The notes under the pieces are model-generated. The model had not been told where the DNA came from and did not search any database. It saw nothing but the letters and a program-made list of their open reading frames with translations. Below, in pieces: positions 49,951 through 62,742 of a stretch of 64,000 bases of DNA. The DNA comes from Leucoraja ocellata. Taxonomy: Eukaryota. Made by a program: the position numbers and the translations under genes. Each line of letters begins with the position of its first letter. Position 1 is the first letter of the stretch. The DNA is taken from positions 3,286,001-3,350,000 of the forward strand of contig JAWMAR010000033.1 of the NCBI GenBank assembly GCA_036785375.1. Reading direction: 5' to 3'.

Positions 49951-51897
49951 GCGCAAGGAAATGTGCCAGTCAGCCCAAATTAACCAAGATGCCTATTCAT
50001 ACCAGTCCCATTTGTTCATGTTTGGCCCATGTCGATGGAAACAGCTCCTATCCATGTACCTCCCAAAATGTATTTTAAATAACCCCAACTACTTCCTCTG
50101 GTTGCATATGTTTCATATCTATGTGTTAAATTGCAGAGAAGCTGCCATGTAAAGATGACATTGTGCACTATGATCAGCATTGATTCTGAGATGAATGCTA
50201 TGATTAATAATACGCACAAAATCAATCGCGTGGCACTTAAAATAAACATAACATGCAATTGAAATTCTCAAATCAGCATTGGTATGCCAATGACAAGCAG
50301 GTGCTTGGGATAGGTGTGTTATTTATACTTTACTGGATAAATGGATGCAGCTTGGCTGTCACCAAAATCACTTACCAAAACACAGATATTTCCCTCATCA
50401 ACATAGCTTCTCCCATTTCAAACACATGGCGGTGACTGTCATGGCAGTCGTCCAATTAAGTTTGTCATTATGATCTGTGCTGTCATGGAAACAAGACATT
50501 GGGTGTGTATGTGTGAGCGCACATGCATGTGTGTGGATGGGGGGAGAGAGAGAAAGAGTTAACAGCTCAACCCTGAATTGACGCAAATCCAAAGTAAAGG
50601 GAATGATGGATTTTCTTTTGTGACTAATTTAAAAGCAATGAAAATTATTACTATTTGCTTTTACTTTGTAAAATTGCTGTATTGTTGAAATGCCTAAATT
50701 AGGTGTTTCGACATGATTTTTATTCTGATAACATATAGCAGTCTGATGGAAGTAATTATGCTAACTTCATAAGTCATGTCCTATTAGATAAAAATATGAA
50801 GTGTACAACTTATTAGTTGTCTCCATGAAATGCTGGTTATCTACTAATGATTCATTAATCTACATTATTTTACATCAGGTCAGTTGTGTTCAAATGCTTA
50901 GAAATAAAAAATGTCAAATAGTTCCATTGTAAGTAACAATGATCTGATTCTCATATATAATACCAGTAATTAACCAAAGGATGCGTATTTACCTAATTCC
51001 TGCACACAATGTCGTTTAGAGCCACATGGCTATACATAGCTTCTGCATTTCAGTGGAGGGGCACTGAGATCGCCAAAGGTTGTTGAACTCAAGGGATTAC
51101 GGAGCCATGGAAAATAAGAAAATGATTGAAACTTTAAAACTGGGCTGTTTTTTGTTTACTAGAGCCAATGCTGTTCTGCAAGGACAGGGGTGTACACTGG
51201 AAAAGGGGATGGGCACTCAAATTGTGACACAAGAGGCCAGCCAAAAGTGTCAGAATAACAGAATAGTCAAATCTAGAGGTAACAAAGCCATGAACTAAGG
51301 TTTCAGTAGCTGATGAGCTAAGGCAGTTGTGAAGACGGGTGATGTGATGGAAATCGGAAAATGAAGCATTATTGATGGTTTGGACACTTGTTCCTTAGAT
51401 CATCTCAGGGTCAAGCCGGGTACTAAGCGTTCAAAAAGTTCAGCTTGTGTTCGCATTGAGCCAGAGAAAGAAATGGAATCATTGGTCGAGAAACCATTTA
51501 TGCCGACAGCAATCTTCCCAATATTCAATTGAAGTAACAATCTGACCATTCAGTGCCATACGTTAGTCAGGCAGTTTGACAATTTAAAGTCAATGGAAAG
51601 GCAAAAGGAAAATGCAATGAAGAATAACTGAGTGTTCTCTGCGTTTGTGTGATACATTTTTCAGCTGTCACTTGACAAAAAAGAATGAGAAATAGAAGGT
51701 GAAAGTTAGATTGCTGGGTTATGACAAGGGGTAACAGTGAAGGTATGGGGAGGGTTGCTGGTGATACTCTGTCCACAACTCATTGTGTAAGAATAACTTT
51801 GCTGTACGGTAACTCAGCACTGGAGAAACATTGGAGGACATTGGAATGGTCATGTGAGTATACAAAATGGGAACATGAAGGAGTCCTCATAATGTGT

Positions 51898-52080
51898 TCA
51901 AGAAGGAACTGCAGATGCTGGAAGATCGAAGCTACACAAAATTGCTGGAGAAACTCAGCGGGTGCAGCAGCATCTATGGAGCGAAGGAAATAGGCGACGT
52001 TTCGGGCCGAAACGTCGCCTATTTCCTTCGCTCCATAGATGCTGCTGCACCCGCTGAGTTTCTCCAGCAATTTTGTGTAC
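51898..52080. mobile_element. Penelope-derived perfect palindrome (73-bp arms)
   Basis: 51933-52005 is the exact reverse complement of 52007-52079 (1-nt spacer). TSD cctcataatgtgt (51885-51897) / cctcatattgtgt (52081-52093). Confidence 0.88.
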
Positions 52081-53604
52081 CCTCATATTGTGTCGCCATT
52101 TAAGATGATCATAGAGCAGCTGTGGTTAAATTCGTGGAGTTGCTGCCTCAGCTCCTGTTCAACGAACTTAGCAATAACATCTGAAAATGGTGCCACATGA
52201 TCGCTATTTTCAAATCCATCGACTTAGGTTCCTTCCTGTCTGTGTACAGTTTGCAGGGTGTCTCTGCGACCGGGTGGCTTTCTTCAGGGCTTGGGTTTCC
52301 TTATACATAACAAAGATGGGTGGATTGGATTGGAAACTACATATTATAACTGTTTCACAAATCTCCGCTCCTACGAAGCTGAAAGCAGTACTAAAGGTTA
52401 CATGTTATATCATATTGCCGCAAATGCTTAATTGAAAAAGAGGGTCAATAGCTGTACTGCAAATAACTGAATATTTCCACGTAGAGGGAAATTCCCTGGA
52501 TTTGTACATAAATAGTTACACTAAGCATATTTAAACTTGAGGTATATTGGAGCAGCATAATCCAATTTCTCACTTCCTACATTAGCAGTTAAATATCTTT
52601 AAACATTTGTTTAGTCTGAAGTTTTATTTTTGACTTGTGGCTGGCAAATTAATGTATTAGATAACTGTTAATGGTTCAACAGTGATGTTTGAAAGTAGTT
52701 TCTTCACCACTGCGCAAAGGAATCACATCTTATTCTCCCTTTTACTCATATTTTCAGCTCTTGTCTTTTTGTGAACGTATTCATATCTTGCAAGATATTT
52801 GTAAGTTCAAGGGTCTTTTATTTTAATGGGTGTGTACAAAGTTTGAATGGCAACTAGCCTTCTGGTTGTATGAGGTGTCACTTGTGTTTCCATCCAACTG
52901 AGGTTATTGGTTATTGGATCCTGATGTTTAAGAAGGAACTGCAGATGCTGGAAAATTGAAGGTAGACGAAAATTAAAATCCTTGGATTTGCAAATTATTG
53001 CAAATAATAATGCAAAATATTGGATGCTGAAGTGGGTTTATTGGAGTCAATTAACAGCATTACAACTGGAGTTGTGGCTAAGATGCATCAACTCATCAAG
53101 AATTACTATATCATTCCAAAACTTAGTCATGTTGGCCATGAAATCTGACCACCAATATGAGCAACAACAAATGCCAGCCAATTTGCTATTTCATACTTCC
53201 TATCCCCCAAAGTTAATTTTCATCCCACAGTACATCATTCATAAACCATATAATTGAACCGGTGTACATATTCCACTAAACATGAATACCTTGTTGAAGA
53301 GGCCTGTGAATCATTTACAATTATTGCTGATAATGGAAGAGCTCTTGGACTGCAAATCTGAGGCCAAAGCACGGTTTATTTTCAATGGCAGATGTACAAA
53401 GTTCAAGATTGTCATGAAAACTCAAGACCGTCTTCTTCAATTATGAACCATCAACTGTTTTGGCCTTGTGTTACTGTAAAATATCACAGTCTGTACACTC
53501 TCTAAATACATAATTGTATGTATTTACAGAGTGGAAGTAACACTTTAAAATCAATTAGTTCCAGGGATTAGTATCAAGCGCTCCAATTTCAAACAAACCA
53601 ATGG

Positions 53605-53876
53605 GCATGGGTTTAAGGTGAGAGGGGCAAAGTTTGAAAGAGATGGGTGGGGCAAGTTTTTTTACAGAGGGTAATGAGTGCCTGCAATACACTGCTGGGG
53701 TTGGTGGTGGAGGCAGATACAATTGTGGCATTTAAGAGATCTTTGGATAGGCACGTGGGTATGTAGGGAATGGAGAAACATGGATTGTGCAGACAGATAA
53801 AAGGAGGTCTTAGCATAATATTCAGCACAGACATAGCGGGGCGAAGGACCTGTTCCTGTGCTGTACTATTCTATAT
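53605..53876 (+). mobile_element. CR1 3' end
   Basis: ggtttaaggtgagaggggcaaagttt...tttttacagagggt...ggcatttaagag...gaaggacctgttcctgtgctgtactattctat. Confidence 0.75.
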
Positions 53877-55389
53877 TTGATAAAGTTATTCGGCTGCTCT
53901 CTAACGATCAAAGTCCTGACATTCACAATCCTCCCACTAGAATACTGGTCTGACCCTCTCTACCAGTTTATCCTGAGCCTCTCTCAATCACAACCTCGCC
54001 CACCATTGTTTCCTGTGATCTGCAACTTTCTAGATATGCTCGGCCAACTCTGGTGTTGTGGAGCAGCAAGAAAAATTGCTTAATTGCGAGTTTCCTGATG
54101 CAAGGTCTTTTGTGTGCATGAGCAAATATTACTGTGCATGTAGGTTGCATAACATTGCTGCAGCAAACACAGCCTGACCTCAACTAAATAAAGTGACAAT
54201 TTAACAAGCCTTGTGGCGGAAGCTGAAGAATTTCTAGGCCCTGGTCTTTATAAAGTACACAACTCATTGATTGCTAGAGTATTGCATTGCCTTGTAGTAG
54301 TATGGTAATAAATTGTTTTAATTCTGTTCTGACTGTTGTAAAACAAGAAGAAACTAAACTGAGTAATGCCTCATATTATGAAGCATTTCATAATGAAATA
54401 CTATTGCAGTGAAGTTTGTCTTGGAGTTATCTTTCCTTTCACATTGTAAGTTGTTCAGCCGTATCTTATGAGTAAACGTTGTATATCAATCTCTAGGCAG
54501 CGCTGCATTTGGAGCATTGTGAGGGAAATTTAGACCACATTGTCACAGGAATGCCTTTTATAAGGCACTCGCATGATAAATAGGTTTGCATTGCTGTACT
54601 CTGGCAACACACCAATGTGAATCCCATTATCTTCTTCACGCTCCCCCTCTCCATAGGATCAACCAGTTTAAAGATTTCAACAACCCCCATTATCTCTCAT
54701 TGCACTTGAACTGAATATGTTTCTTACAGAGGGTGCCTGGAATGTACTGCCAGGGATGGGGTAGAGGCTAATATGATCGTGCCATTTAAGGCGTATCACT
54801 GTAGATCTGGAATTGCATACAGACCAGAGCAAGCAAAAATATTTATGAACACAGTGAATGATTATGGTTACCCTGTCTTTCCATCATCATCATTATTAAT
54901 AACTAATATCATATTTGAGATTGATAAAAATAATTAATTTTTAATTCTTCATCGATGTTATGGGATTTCACCTCGGGTCATGTACAGTGATTAACCACAG
55001 TGCCACTGTACCCAGATTTTCAGTATCTAAGAGTGAACGTGAAAACCTTAACCAATACAAGATAGGTAATTTATAATATAATCAGGGCGAGCAATTGTTT
55101 AAATTGCAGCTTCCATGAAAGCACATTTATCACCACAAATGATATGAAGATTGGCAGTCTGTTGCTGAAAGAAGATGACTGTCGTACGATATTTTGTCAG
55201 ATCATTACTGTGGTCTGTTGGCATTGGTGCCAACACTACAGGGATCACAACACCCTGAAAAAATTGCACAGTGTCAGTGTCATCTCTGGTGAGATGTCAT
55301 CTTAATTTTTGTCTTGTCATTGGAGGTCTATTGTCTTGGCAAATAGCAAAGGTTGTGTTGGGGAGGGTGGAAGGAAGAATATTGGGGAT

Positions 55390-55715
55390 ATGGAGGGTTG
55401 GCATCTAGACAGCCTGCTTAGTCCAGACTTGCCAAGCCGCTTGAGGACTTGTTTCACCCGACGCTGGATGTTCCATCTTCACGGCAAGAGGGCCCTGAAA
55501 ACATCGGACTGGCTGCAAGGACACAAATGGACCCCGACCTCGGGTGTTTCACAGAGGAAGAGGACTTAACTTTCTGGTGCCTTTCCCCACAGTGGAAATG
55601 TTTGAGTCTGCTGTGGGGGGACGTTTGTGTTGAACTCTATAATGTGTTGTGTCCATTTTCTTTATTTTTTTTTAACCTTTTTCTATGGTATGGAAACTTA
55701 TTATCTATTTCATGT
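55390..55715 (+). repeat. Unclassified interspersed repeat
   Basis: A GC-richer block (ggacttaactttctggtgcc...ctgctgtggggg...) grades into a T-rich retroposon-like tail that is cut by the CR1 at 55716. Only one copy in the window. Confidence 0.35.
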
Positions 55716-56045
55716 ATAACCATATAACCATATAACAATTACAGCACGGAAACAGGCCATCTCGGCCCTACAAGTCCATGCCGAACAAATATTTTTCCCC
55801 TTAGTCCCACCTGCCTGCACTCATACCATAACCCTCCATTCCCTTCTCATCCATATGCCTATCCAATTTATTTTTAAATGATACCAATGAACCTGCCTCC
55901 ACCACTTCCACTGGGAGCTCATTCCACACTGCTACCACTCTCTGCGTAAAGAAGTTCCCCCTCATATTACCCCTAAACTTCTGTCCCTTAATTCTGAAGT
56001 CATGTCCTCTTGTTTGAATCTTCCCTATTCTCAAAGGGAAAAGCA
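55716..56045 (-). mobile_element. Young CR1 3' end with (ataaccat)n tail
   Basis: ORF 55801-56046 LFPLRIGKIQTRGHDFRIKGQKFRGNMRGNFFTQRVVAVWNELP...FKNKLD, the CR1 ORF2 C-terminus. Confidence 0.9.
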
Positions 56046-56669
56046 AGTTAAATTGCAGGTGTCAATGCAAGTTAACTTAAAACGTGCTATATAAATAAAA
56101 CTTACTTACTAGTCACAAGCCCTCAAAAAACTATTATAACCTTGTCCTGTTGGGAATGGTCCCTGCCATTTGGTACTGCCCTAAATGCACAAGCAAACCC
56201 TATGTAGGGAATGTATGTTTGCCTCAATTTTGGAAGGCATCAAAAATGTTGGCTCAAAAAATATTAGTTTGAATTTCCTGCTTCCTGGCTCTAATTATTG
56301 TTTATTGGAATATTTGTACTTTGTTAATTGGACAAACTGAAAGACCATGAATTTCACATAACAGCATAATTGTTGGAGAACTACATTAATTGGGCATTGA
56401 TTTATTTTAGCCCTTGACAAAATTAAACTTTTGGGAACTTGATCACTAGATGAAATAATCTCCCAATTCTAATGGTTGGGAAAACGGACATCTAACTAAG
56501 GTAATAAAATGCACCTTTTCCTGTCAGGATGCCATTCCTAACTATATATTTCGTACTTATTAATGATGGGATCCTGTGGCAGGATATGAGCATAGACTTA
56601 GGAATTCTAACCTTCAGTGTACAAACCAATAACTGAGCGAAACACCATAGATGTGGAGAAAGGCCAAAG

Positions 56670-57695
56670 CTCTTCTTTTACCAGGTCATCGGAGATGTCT
56701 TCATTCTTTAGGAAACCGAGGTTCCCCTCTTCCATTATAGATGGGGCTCTCAATAGGGTCTCCTTGATATCCCGCAGCTCCGCACTTGCTCCCCCTCCCC
56801 CTAGTCATAACAAGGACCAAGTCCCCTTGTCCTCACCTTCCACCCCATCAGCTGCCACATACAGCATATAATCCTCCAACATTTTCGTCACCTCCAACGG
56901 GACCCCACTACTGGTCACATCTTCCCACCTCTTTCTGCTTTCTGCAGAGACCATTCCCTCTGCAACTCCCTGGTCAACTCGTCCCTTCCCACCCAAACCA
57001 ACCTCTTCCCAGGTACTTTCCCCAGCAATCGCAGGAGCTGCAACACCTGTCCCTTTACCTCACCTCCATCCAAGGACCCCAACAGTCTTTCCAGGTGAGC
57101 CAGAGGTTCACTTGCACCTCCTCCAACCTCATCTACTGTATCCGCTGTTCCAGGTGTCAACTCCCGCACATTGGCGAGACCAAGCGCAGGCTCGCTGATC
57201 GTTTTTTGCTCAACGCCTCTGCTCAGTCCACCTTAACCTATCTGATCTCCCGATTGCTCAGCACTTTAACTCCCCCTCCCATTCCCAATCAAAGGCCAAA
57301 GGACATTTATTGTCACATACACCAATTGGTGCAGTGAAATTTGAGTTGCCATTTGAGTTTTTAATTTGACCTTTCTGTCCTGGGCCTCCTCCATTTTCAG
57401 TGAGGCCCAGCGCAAATTGGAGGAACAGCACCTCATATTTCGCTTGGGTAGCTCACTTCTCAGCGGTATGAACATTGACTTCTCTAACTTCAAATAGCCC
57501 TTGCTTTCCCTCTCTCTGTTCTTTCCCCTTCCCAGTTCTCCCACCAGTCTTACTGTCTCTGACTACATTATATCTCTGTCCCGCCTACTACCCTGACATC
57601 AATCTGAAGAAATGTCTCGACCCGAAACGTCACCCATTCCTTCTCTCCAGAGTTGTTGCCTGTCCCGCTGAGTTATTCCAGCATTTTGTGTCCAC
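56670..57695 (+). mobile_element. 5'-truncated Penelope-like element (thumb/linker, GIY-YIG endonuclease, terminus)
   Basis: SEMSSFFRKPRFPSSIIDGAL, a CxxC-type linker, and FTCTSSNLIYCIRCSRCQLPHIGETKRRLADRF (GIY-YIG), with frameshifts. Ends in ctgaagaaatgtctcgacccgaaacgtcacc plus tail. Confidence 0.9.
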
Positions 57696-58899
57696 CTCTG
57701 AAATAATGACTGGGTGAGCAAAATATCAAGAAACTCGGCATTCACATTGGGAGAACCCAGCTCACAACCATTTAGCCTGGAGAAGCCAGGTCAAGGATTG
57801 GTGCAGTTATCGTGAAGAGCCATCAGAAACACTAAGTAGAGATTCAATGGTGAACCAGGATGCAGGGTCTGCTGCTGCATCTGCTGGCGCAGTGGGGATG
57901 TAGCCACCATCTCCCAAGGCAAGCAACATTGACTAACAGATAGACTCATGCCACTTCATTGATAGCATTAATATGCAGTGATTTAACGTGACAGTAGCAG
58001 CATTGATACTAAATGTTGGCTCAGGAACAAAACGCAGTGGTGATGGTGAATAGAGGGAATTATGTGATGGTTTTCCTTGGGGGTTTGAAACCACAACCTT
58101 GCATTTCAGTTGCGACTGCTATCATTGTGCCTTGGGTTACAAGGTTGGGCGATGTTACCCAGTCATGTATGTGAAGGGAATTTTGGAAAAAAGAGGAAGA
58201 GCAGTTGAACTAAAGGAAAATACTAACTGCACTTTGCACACTCTGTCAGAGGCTTCACTTCACAAACTTTAGCCTTGATTATTGACCAGTTCCAGGCTCA
58301 AACTGTACTGCACATTAGCTGGGGATCTATAGGATGGTTGGAATGATAAATAACACTGGTAAAATCTGCTTGGTTGATGCAGCACTTTATATATTTGCTG
58401 AGGGAAAATCAAATGGATATGATTAAAGCTATTCATCTTGACATTCTCTGGCTTTTAACTGTGCACTTTTATCCCTGTAAGCTTTTAAAGTACTGAGGTA
58501 CACTGTTAGAAGAAAGATTGGATGACTTGGGGGAAAAAAAATTCTGGGTGAAGCATACTCCATTTTACTGTGAGAGGTTTCATGGTACTTTAATTTTTCC
58601 ATTATCTCAGTTGAACTTGAACTCGGATGAAAAAATTAACAAGAGATATTTTTCAAAAGTAACATGCTTTTTTAATGTAGTTTGGTTTTACCCATGAATT
58701 CTGGCCAAAATCCTGATGGGAACAGTAAAAGAATATATCTGCAACTAAAAATCTCTAATCTAGTTGCAAAGTATAATTGAAGATGCTGCCAATTTACTGT
58801 AAGCCACATTTAATACGTTTGCTGGTATGATGGTGAATTTGGCAGGAAGCAGATTCACTGCTATTGCTACTGATGCTTGTCCTTGCATTCATGCATGTA

Positions 58900-59651
58900 T
58901 TGACTTGGGAATAACTACATACATCCGAGGACGTACACTCCATTGAGGATAAATGGGGATCCTGTGGATAGGGTGAACTGTTTTAAATATCTGGGAGTCC
59001 ACATCTCTGAGGATATGACATGGTCATCACACACCTCAGCACTTGTGAGTAAGGCAAGGCAGCGCTTTTACCACCTCAGGCAATTGAGGAAATTCAGAGT
59101 GTCTCCGAGGATCCTCCAGTGCTTCTACGCAGTGGCGGTGGAAAGTATCTTGTCCGGGAACATTACCATCTGGTTTGGGAATTGCTCTGCCAAGGACAAG
59201 AAGGCTCTGCAGAGAGTAGTGCGTTCGGCCGAACGCACTATGGGAACTTCACTTGCCCCCCTGCAGGAACTATACATCAGGAGGTGCAACTCCAGAGCCA
59301 ACAATATCATGAGAGACCCCTTCCACCCCTGCAACGGACTGTTCCAGCTGCTACGATCAGGCAAACGCCTCCGTTGCCATGCGGTGAGAACGGAGAGGTT
59401 GAGAAGGAGTTTCTTCCCAGAGGCCATTCGGACTGTAAATGCCTATCTCACCAGGGACTAACTCTACTGAACGTTTTATCTTCCATTATTTATTATGTAA
59501 AAGAATATGTGTGTTATGATTGTGTTTATAGTTTGTTTGGTTGTTTGGTTGTTTGTCTTTTGCACAAAAGTCCGCGAGCATTGCCACTTTCATTTCACTG
59601 CACATCTCGTATGTGTATGTGACAAATAAACTTGACTTGACTTGACTTGAC
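58900..59651 (+). mobile_element. Young 5'-truncated Rex1/Babar-clade LINE with (cttga)n tail
   Basis: Uninterrupted ORF 58943-59461 FKYLGVHISEDMTWS...KARQRFYHLRQLRKF...ESILSGNITIWFGN...LQRVVRSAE...DPFHP...LLRSGKR...RTERLRRSFFPEAIR. The 3' UTR ends atttcactgcac...gtgacaaataaacttgacttgacttgacttga. Confidence 0.9.
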
Positions 59652-59796
59652 ATCTGTCAACATGCAAGGAAAGTAGAGGAAATCTGAAGCAGGCCTAAAG
59701 AATATAAAGCCCTTGCATGAAGTGACAATTCTCTTTTGGTCACCTTGGATATTTTGCAGCTCAAGAAGTCGGGAATCTTGAGTTTAGCAATGATTC

Positions 59797-60045
59797 TAGT
59801 TTAATTTAGTTTAGAGATACAGTGCAGAAACAGACACTTCAGCCCATCGAGTTTGCGCCGACCGGCCATCCGCGTCCACTAACGCTATCCTACACACACG
59901 TGGGACAACTTACAATTTTACCAAGCCATTTAAGGAAACCGGAGCTCCTGAAAAATGTACAAACTCCATACAGACAGCACCCATAATCAGGATCGAACCT
60001 GGGTCTCTAGCGCTGTAAGGCAGCAACCCTTCCAATGCACCACCT
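59797..60045 (-). mobile_element. V-SINE with internal deletion
   Basis: tttagtttagagatacagtgcagaaacag...cagcccatcgag...gtacaaactccatacagacagcaccc...caggatcgaacctgggtctctagcgctgtaaggcagcaac. Confidence 0.78.
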
Positions 60046-60707
60046 TCTTATCTTAGGTTTTTTTTGTATATTTTGCTGTTTCTGGAATATAATATCTTCC
60101 ACCAGGAGCCAATATCAGCAAAATAAACTCTTAAAATGACTACATTTTAATGGATATATATGAGAAAATTATATTTATTCATTTGAACCTTTTTTTGATA
60201 ATCATTGATGCCTGTGTTTTGTTGGAGTGAAATTGCCATCCTTAAGGCAAAGAAATGTGGCATCACGGGAAGCCTTGCCATGAAAATAATGTACTAGTGC
60301 TCCACGACACATTAATCATCTTCAGAATATTTCTGCAACCATATTAAACTGATACGAAATATCAAATTGACAGATGTTTTTGATGTTCTCAGTGATATAA
60401 TGACTTGGGAAAAGACTTTTCTTGGTTAAATATACTCCACTTTATTGTGAGGTGTTACTCGATTTAACCATTACCCAGTAAATATTTCCTGAGCTGTTTC
60501 TTTTCAACAGTAAAATACAATGCTAATTTATACAGGATTGGCAAAAAATTATTTTACATCTCTAGATGATGAATTGTATGGGCAGTAGTTCTCAATGAAA
60601 TGTTTTCATGCCTTGGTCTTCAGCGTTGAACGCTGAGAAAGAGAAAAGGAATTTGGATTATTGCTTTCAACAAAGACTTGCATGGTAAAATGATTTATCA
60701 GTGAAAC

Positions 60708-61005
60708 AAAGAAACATAGGAAAAAGTTGCAGGAGTAGGCCATTCGGCCAGTGCAGCCATTCAATGTGATCATGGCTGATCATCCACAATCAGTACCCTG
60801 TTCCTGCCCTCTCCCCATATCCCTTGATTCCGCTCGCTCTAAGAGCTCTATCTAACTCTCTTTTGAATGCATCCTGTGAATCGGCCTCCACTGCCTTCTG
60901 AGGCAGGGAATTCTGCAAATTCACAACTCTCTGGGTGAAAACGTTTTTCCTCATCTCAGTTCTAAATGCCCTACCCCTTATTCTTAAACTGTGGCCCCTG
61001 GTTCT
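60708..61005 (-). mobile_element. CR1 3' end
   Basis: ORF 60790-61059 SRTRGHSLRIRGRAFRTEMRKNVFTQRVVNL..LPQKAVEA. Confidence 0.88.
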
Positions 61006-61893
61006 TGATATTGATCTCTGGCCAGGAGAAAAGGAGAGGCAGATGTATGGTGTAGGCAACTATAATCAAATGAATCTTTGAGGAACATAAAGCATTTTAA
61101 ATTCCCCTTGGTAAGAAATTGGGAGAGCAAAACAGGGACATGAGATACCTTTGGGAGATAAAGGTGAACTTCAAGAGATTCTTTAAGTCTATTAAGAGAA
61201 AATGTGTAACTAGGGATAGAATCGGTCCCCTATGTGTGGATGGCTGAGGTCTTAACTGAATCCTTAACTGCAAAAAAACTGCCATGCCTCCCTTACTTTC
61301 CAGAATGTCCTAGGATATAATTGGTCGAGCTCCAGGGGGTGTATGCCTTTATGCGCCTCAAGATTACCGATACTTCTCATAAAAGCGTACAGCATAGAAA
61401 CAGACCCTTCAGCCCAACTTGCCCACACTGACCAAGATGCACCATCATTGCTAGCCCAATGTTGGGGATGCCCAGTGCTACTATCTTCAGTCTGTGCACC
61501 ATTGCAATGCCCTCCTCTAATAGATGCGCTGAAAGTGGTACGAGGTGTATCCAGGGATGGAGCAATAGGCACATATCCTGTAAATATGCTTTCCATAAGA
61601 TGCTTATTGCTTTATTAGTAATCTATGTTCGATTTAGGCTCATGGTTGAGCCAGAGAAATGTGAGTTTTCTTCCATTGTTGTTCTCTATATCAAGAATGG
61701 TTAATGCTATCAAAGGATAACTAATGAAGCCTTTACTCCAGAAAGCTGATACATTTTGAATGAATGCAATGCTAAATTCGGGGGAAAGTCTAAATGTATA
61801 TAGGATATGTAATATTAGAAGCTGTATTCTTAATATGAAGTTCTAATTTATTTTTTTGCTATATCACTGTTCCTCTTTATTTCACCCTGACAG

Positions 61894-61939
61894 GGTAGAG
61901 AACTCCAGCTTGGAGAAGTTAGAGGCACAGTTCTCACAG
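61894..61939 (+). CDS. PEBP4: Next coding exon of the PEBP4-like gene (46 bp)
   Basis: Polypyrimidine tract ttcctctttatttcaccctgacAG| and donor |GTaagc. Reads in phase 0 from the 99-bp exon as GRELQLGEVRGTVLT+g, resembling the GxxLxxGxxxGxxL segment that follows HWLVTDI in PEBP4. The 99+46 bp exon sizes agree with my recollection of vertebrate PEBP4 structure. Confidence 0.85.
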
Positions 61940-62611
61940 GTAAGCAATGTTTGATCACCATCCCCTTAATGTGCCACCCACATCACAGACAATAACCCCT
62001 CCACAGCCACCTATAGCTAAGAAATACTGGGCTGGCACAATACTCCTCCACTCCTGTGACACAAGGATTGCTCAGTGATTTAGCCAGAAGTGGAGGTGTG
62101 CTTAATAATTCTCACAGAATAAGGAAAATAACTAAAGCTGTTTATGATAATCTTAAAGGTGTATTCTCCCACTGTTAGCTCTACCTCCCTCACCAGTTTC
62201 TAAATACCACCCCGAGCAGATGAATAAAAACGTAAAACACAAAGACTTCAGTGACTCATGAGTGTAATTGGAAAGGTGAAATTAAGGACATTGACATACC
62301 TTTTTCCAATGCAACAAAAACCCCACAGCACTCTGCTTATTTGTATTCGGGAACCAGCAATTTGAAGGTGACAAAGCATCCCAAGCCACTGAACAGAAAC
62401 ATTAACAGCCAAACTTTCTCTCCAGCCCACTAATAGAGAGTGTGTTGGTCAAAAGCAAAAACAACGTGCTGGAGGAACTGAGTGGGTCAGACAACATTTG
62501 TCTGCGGAATGGACAGATGATGTTTCAGGTTGGGAACCAACAGGTCAAAAATAAGATTTTAATCAGGAGAAAACTGAGGTAAAAGGCTGCGAGATTTGGC
62601 AACATAGTTGC

Positions 62612-62742
62612 TTAGAGTCATAGAGTCATACATTGTGTAAAGAGGCCCTTCGGCTCAAGTTGCCCATACCGACCGATATGCCCCATCTACACTAGTCCCA
62701 CCTGCCGGTGCTTGGCCCAAATCCCTTTAAACCTATCCTGTT
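62612..62742 (-). mobile_element. CR1 3' UTR fragment
   Basis: tagagtcatagagtcatac...aggcccttcggc...ccccatctacactagtcccacctgcc. Confidence 0.65.

Noticed and set aside
51780-52103. Nearly identical peptides on both strands (LEKLSGCSSIYGAKEIGDVS)
   Set aside because: Consequence of the DNA palindrome, not coding.
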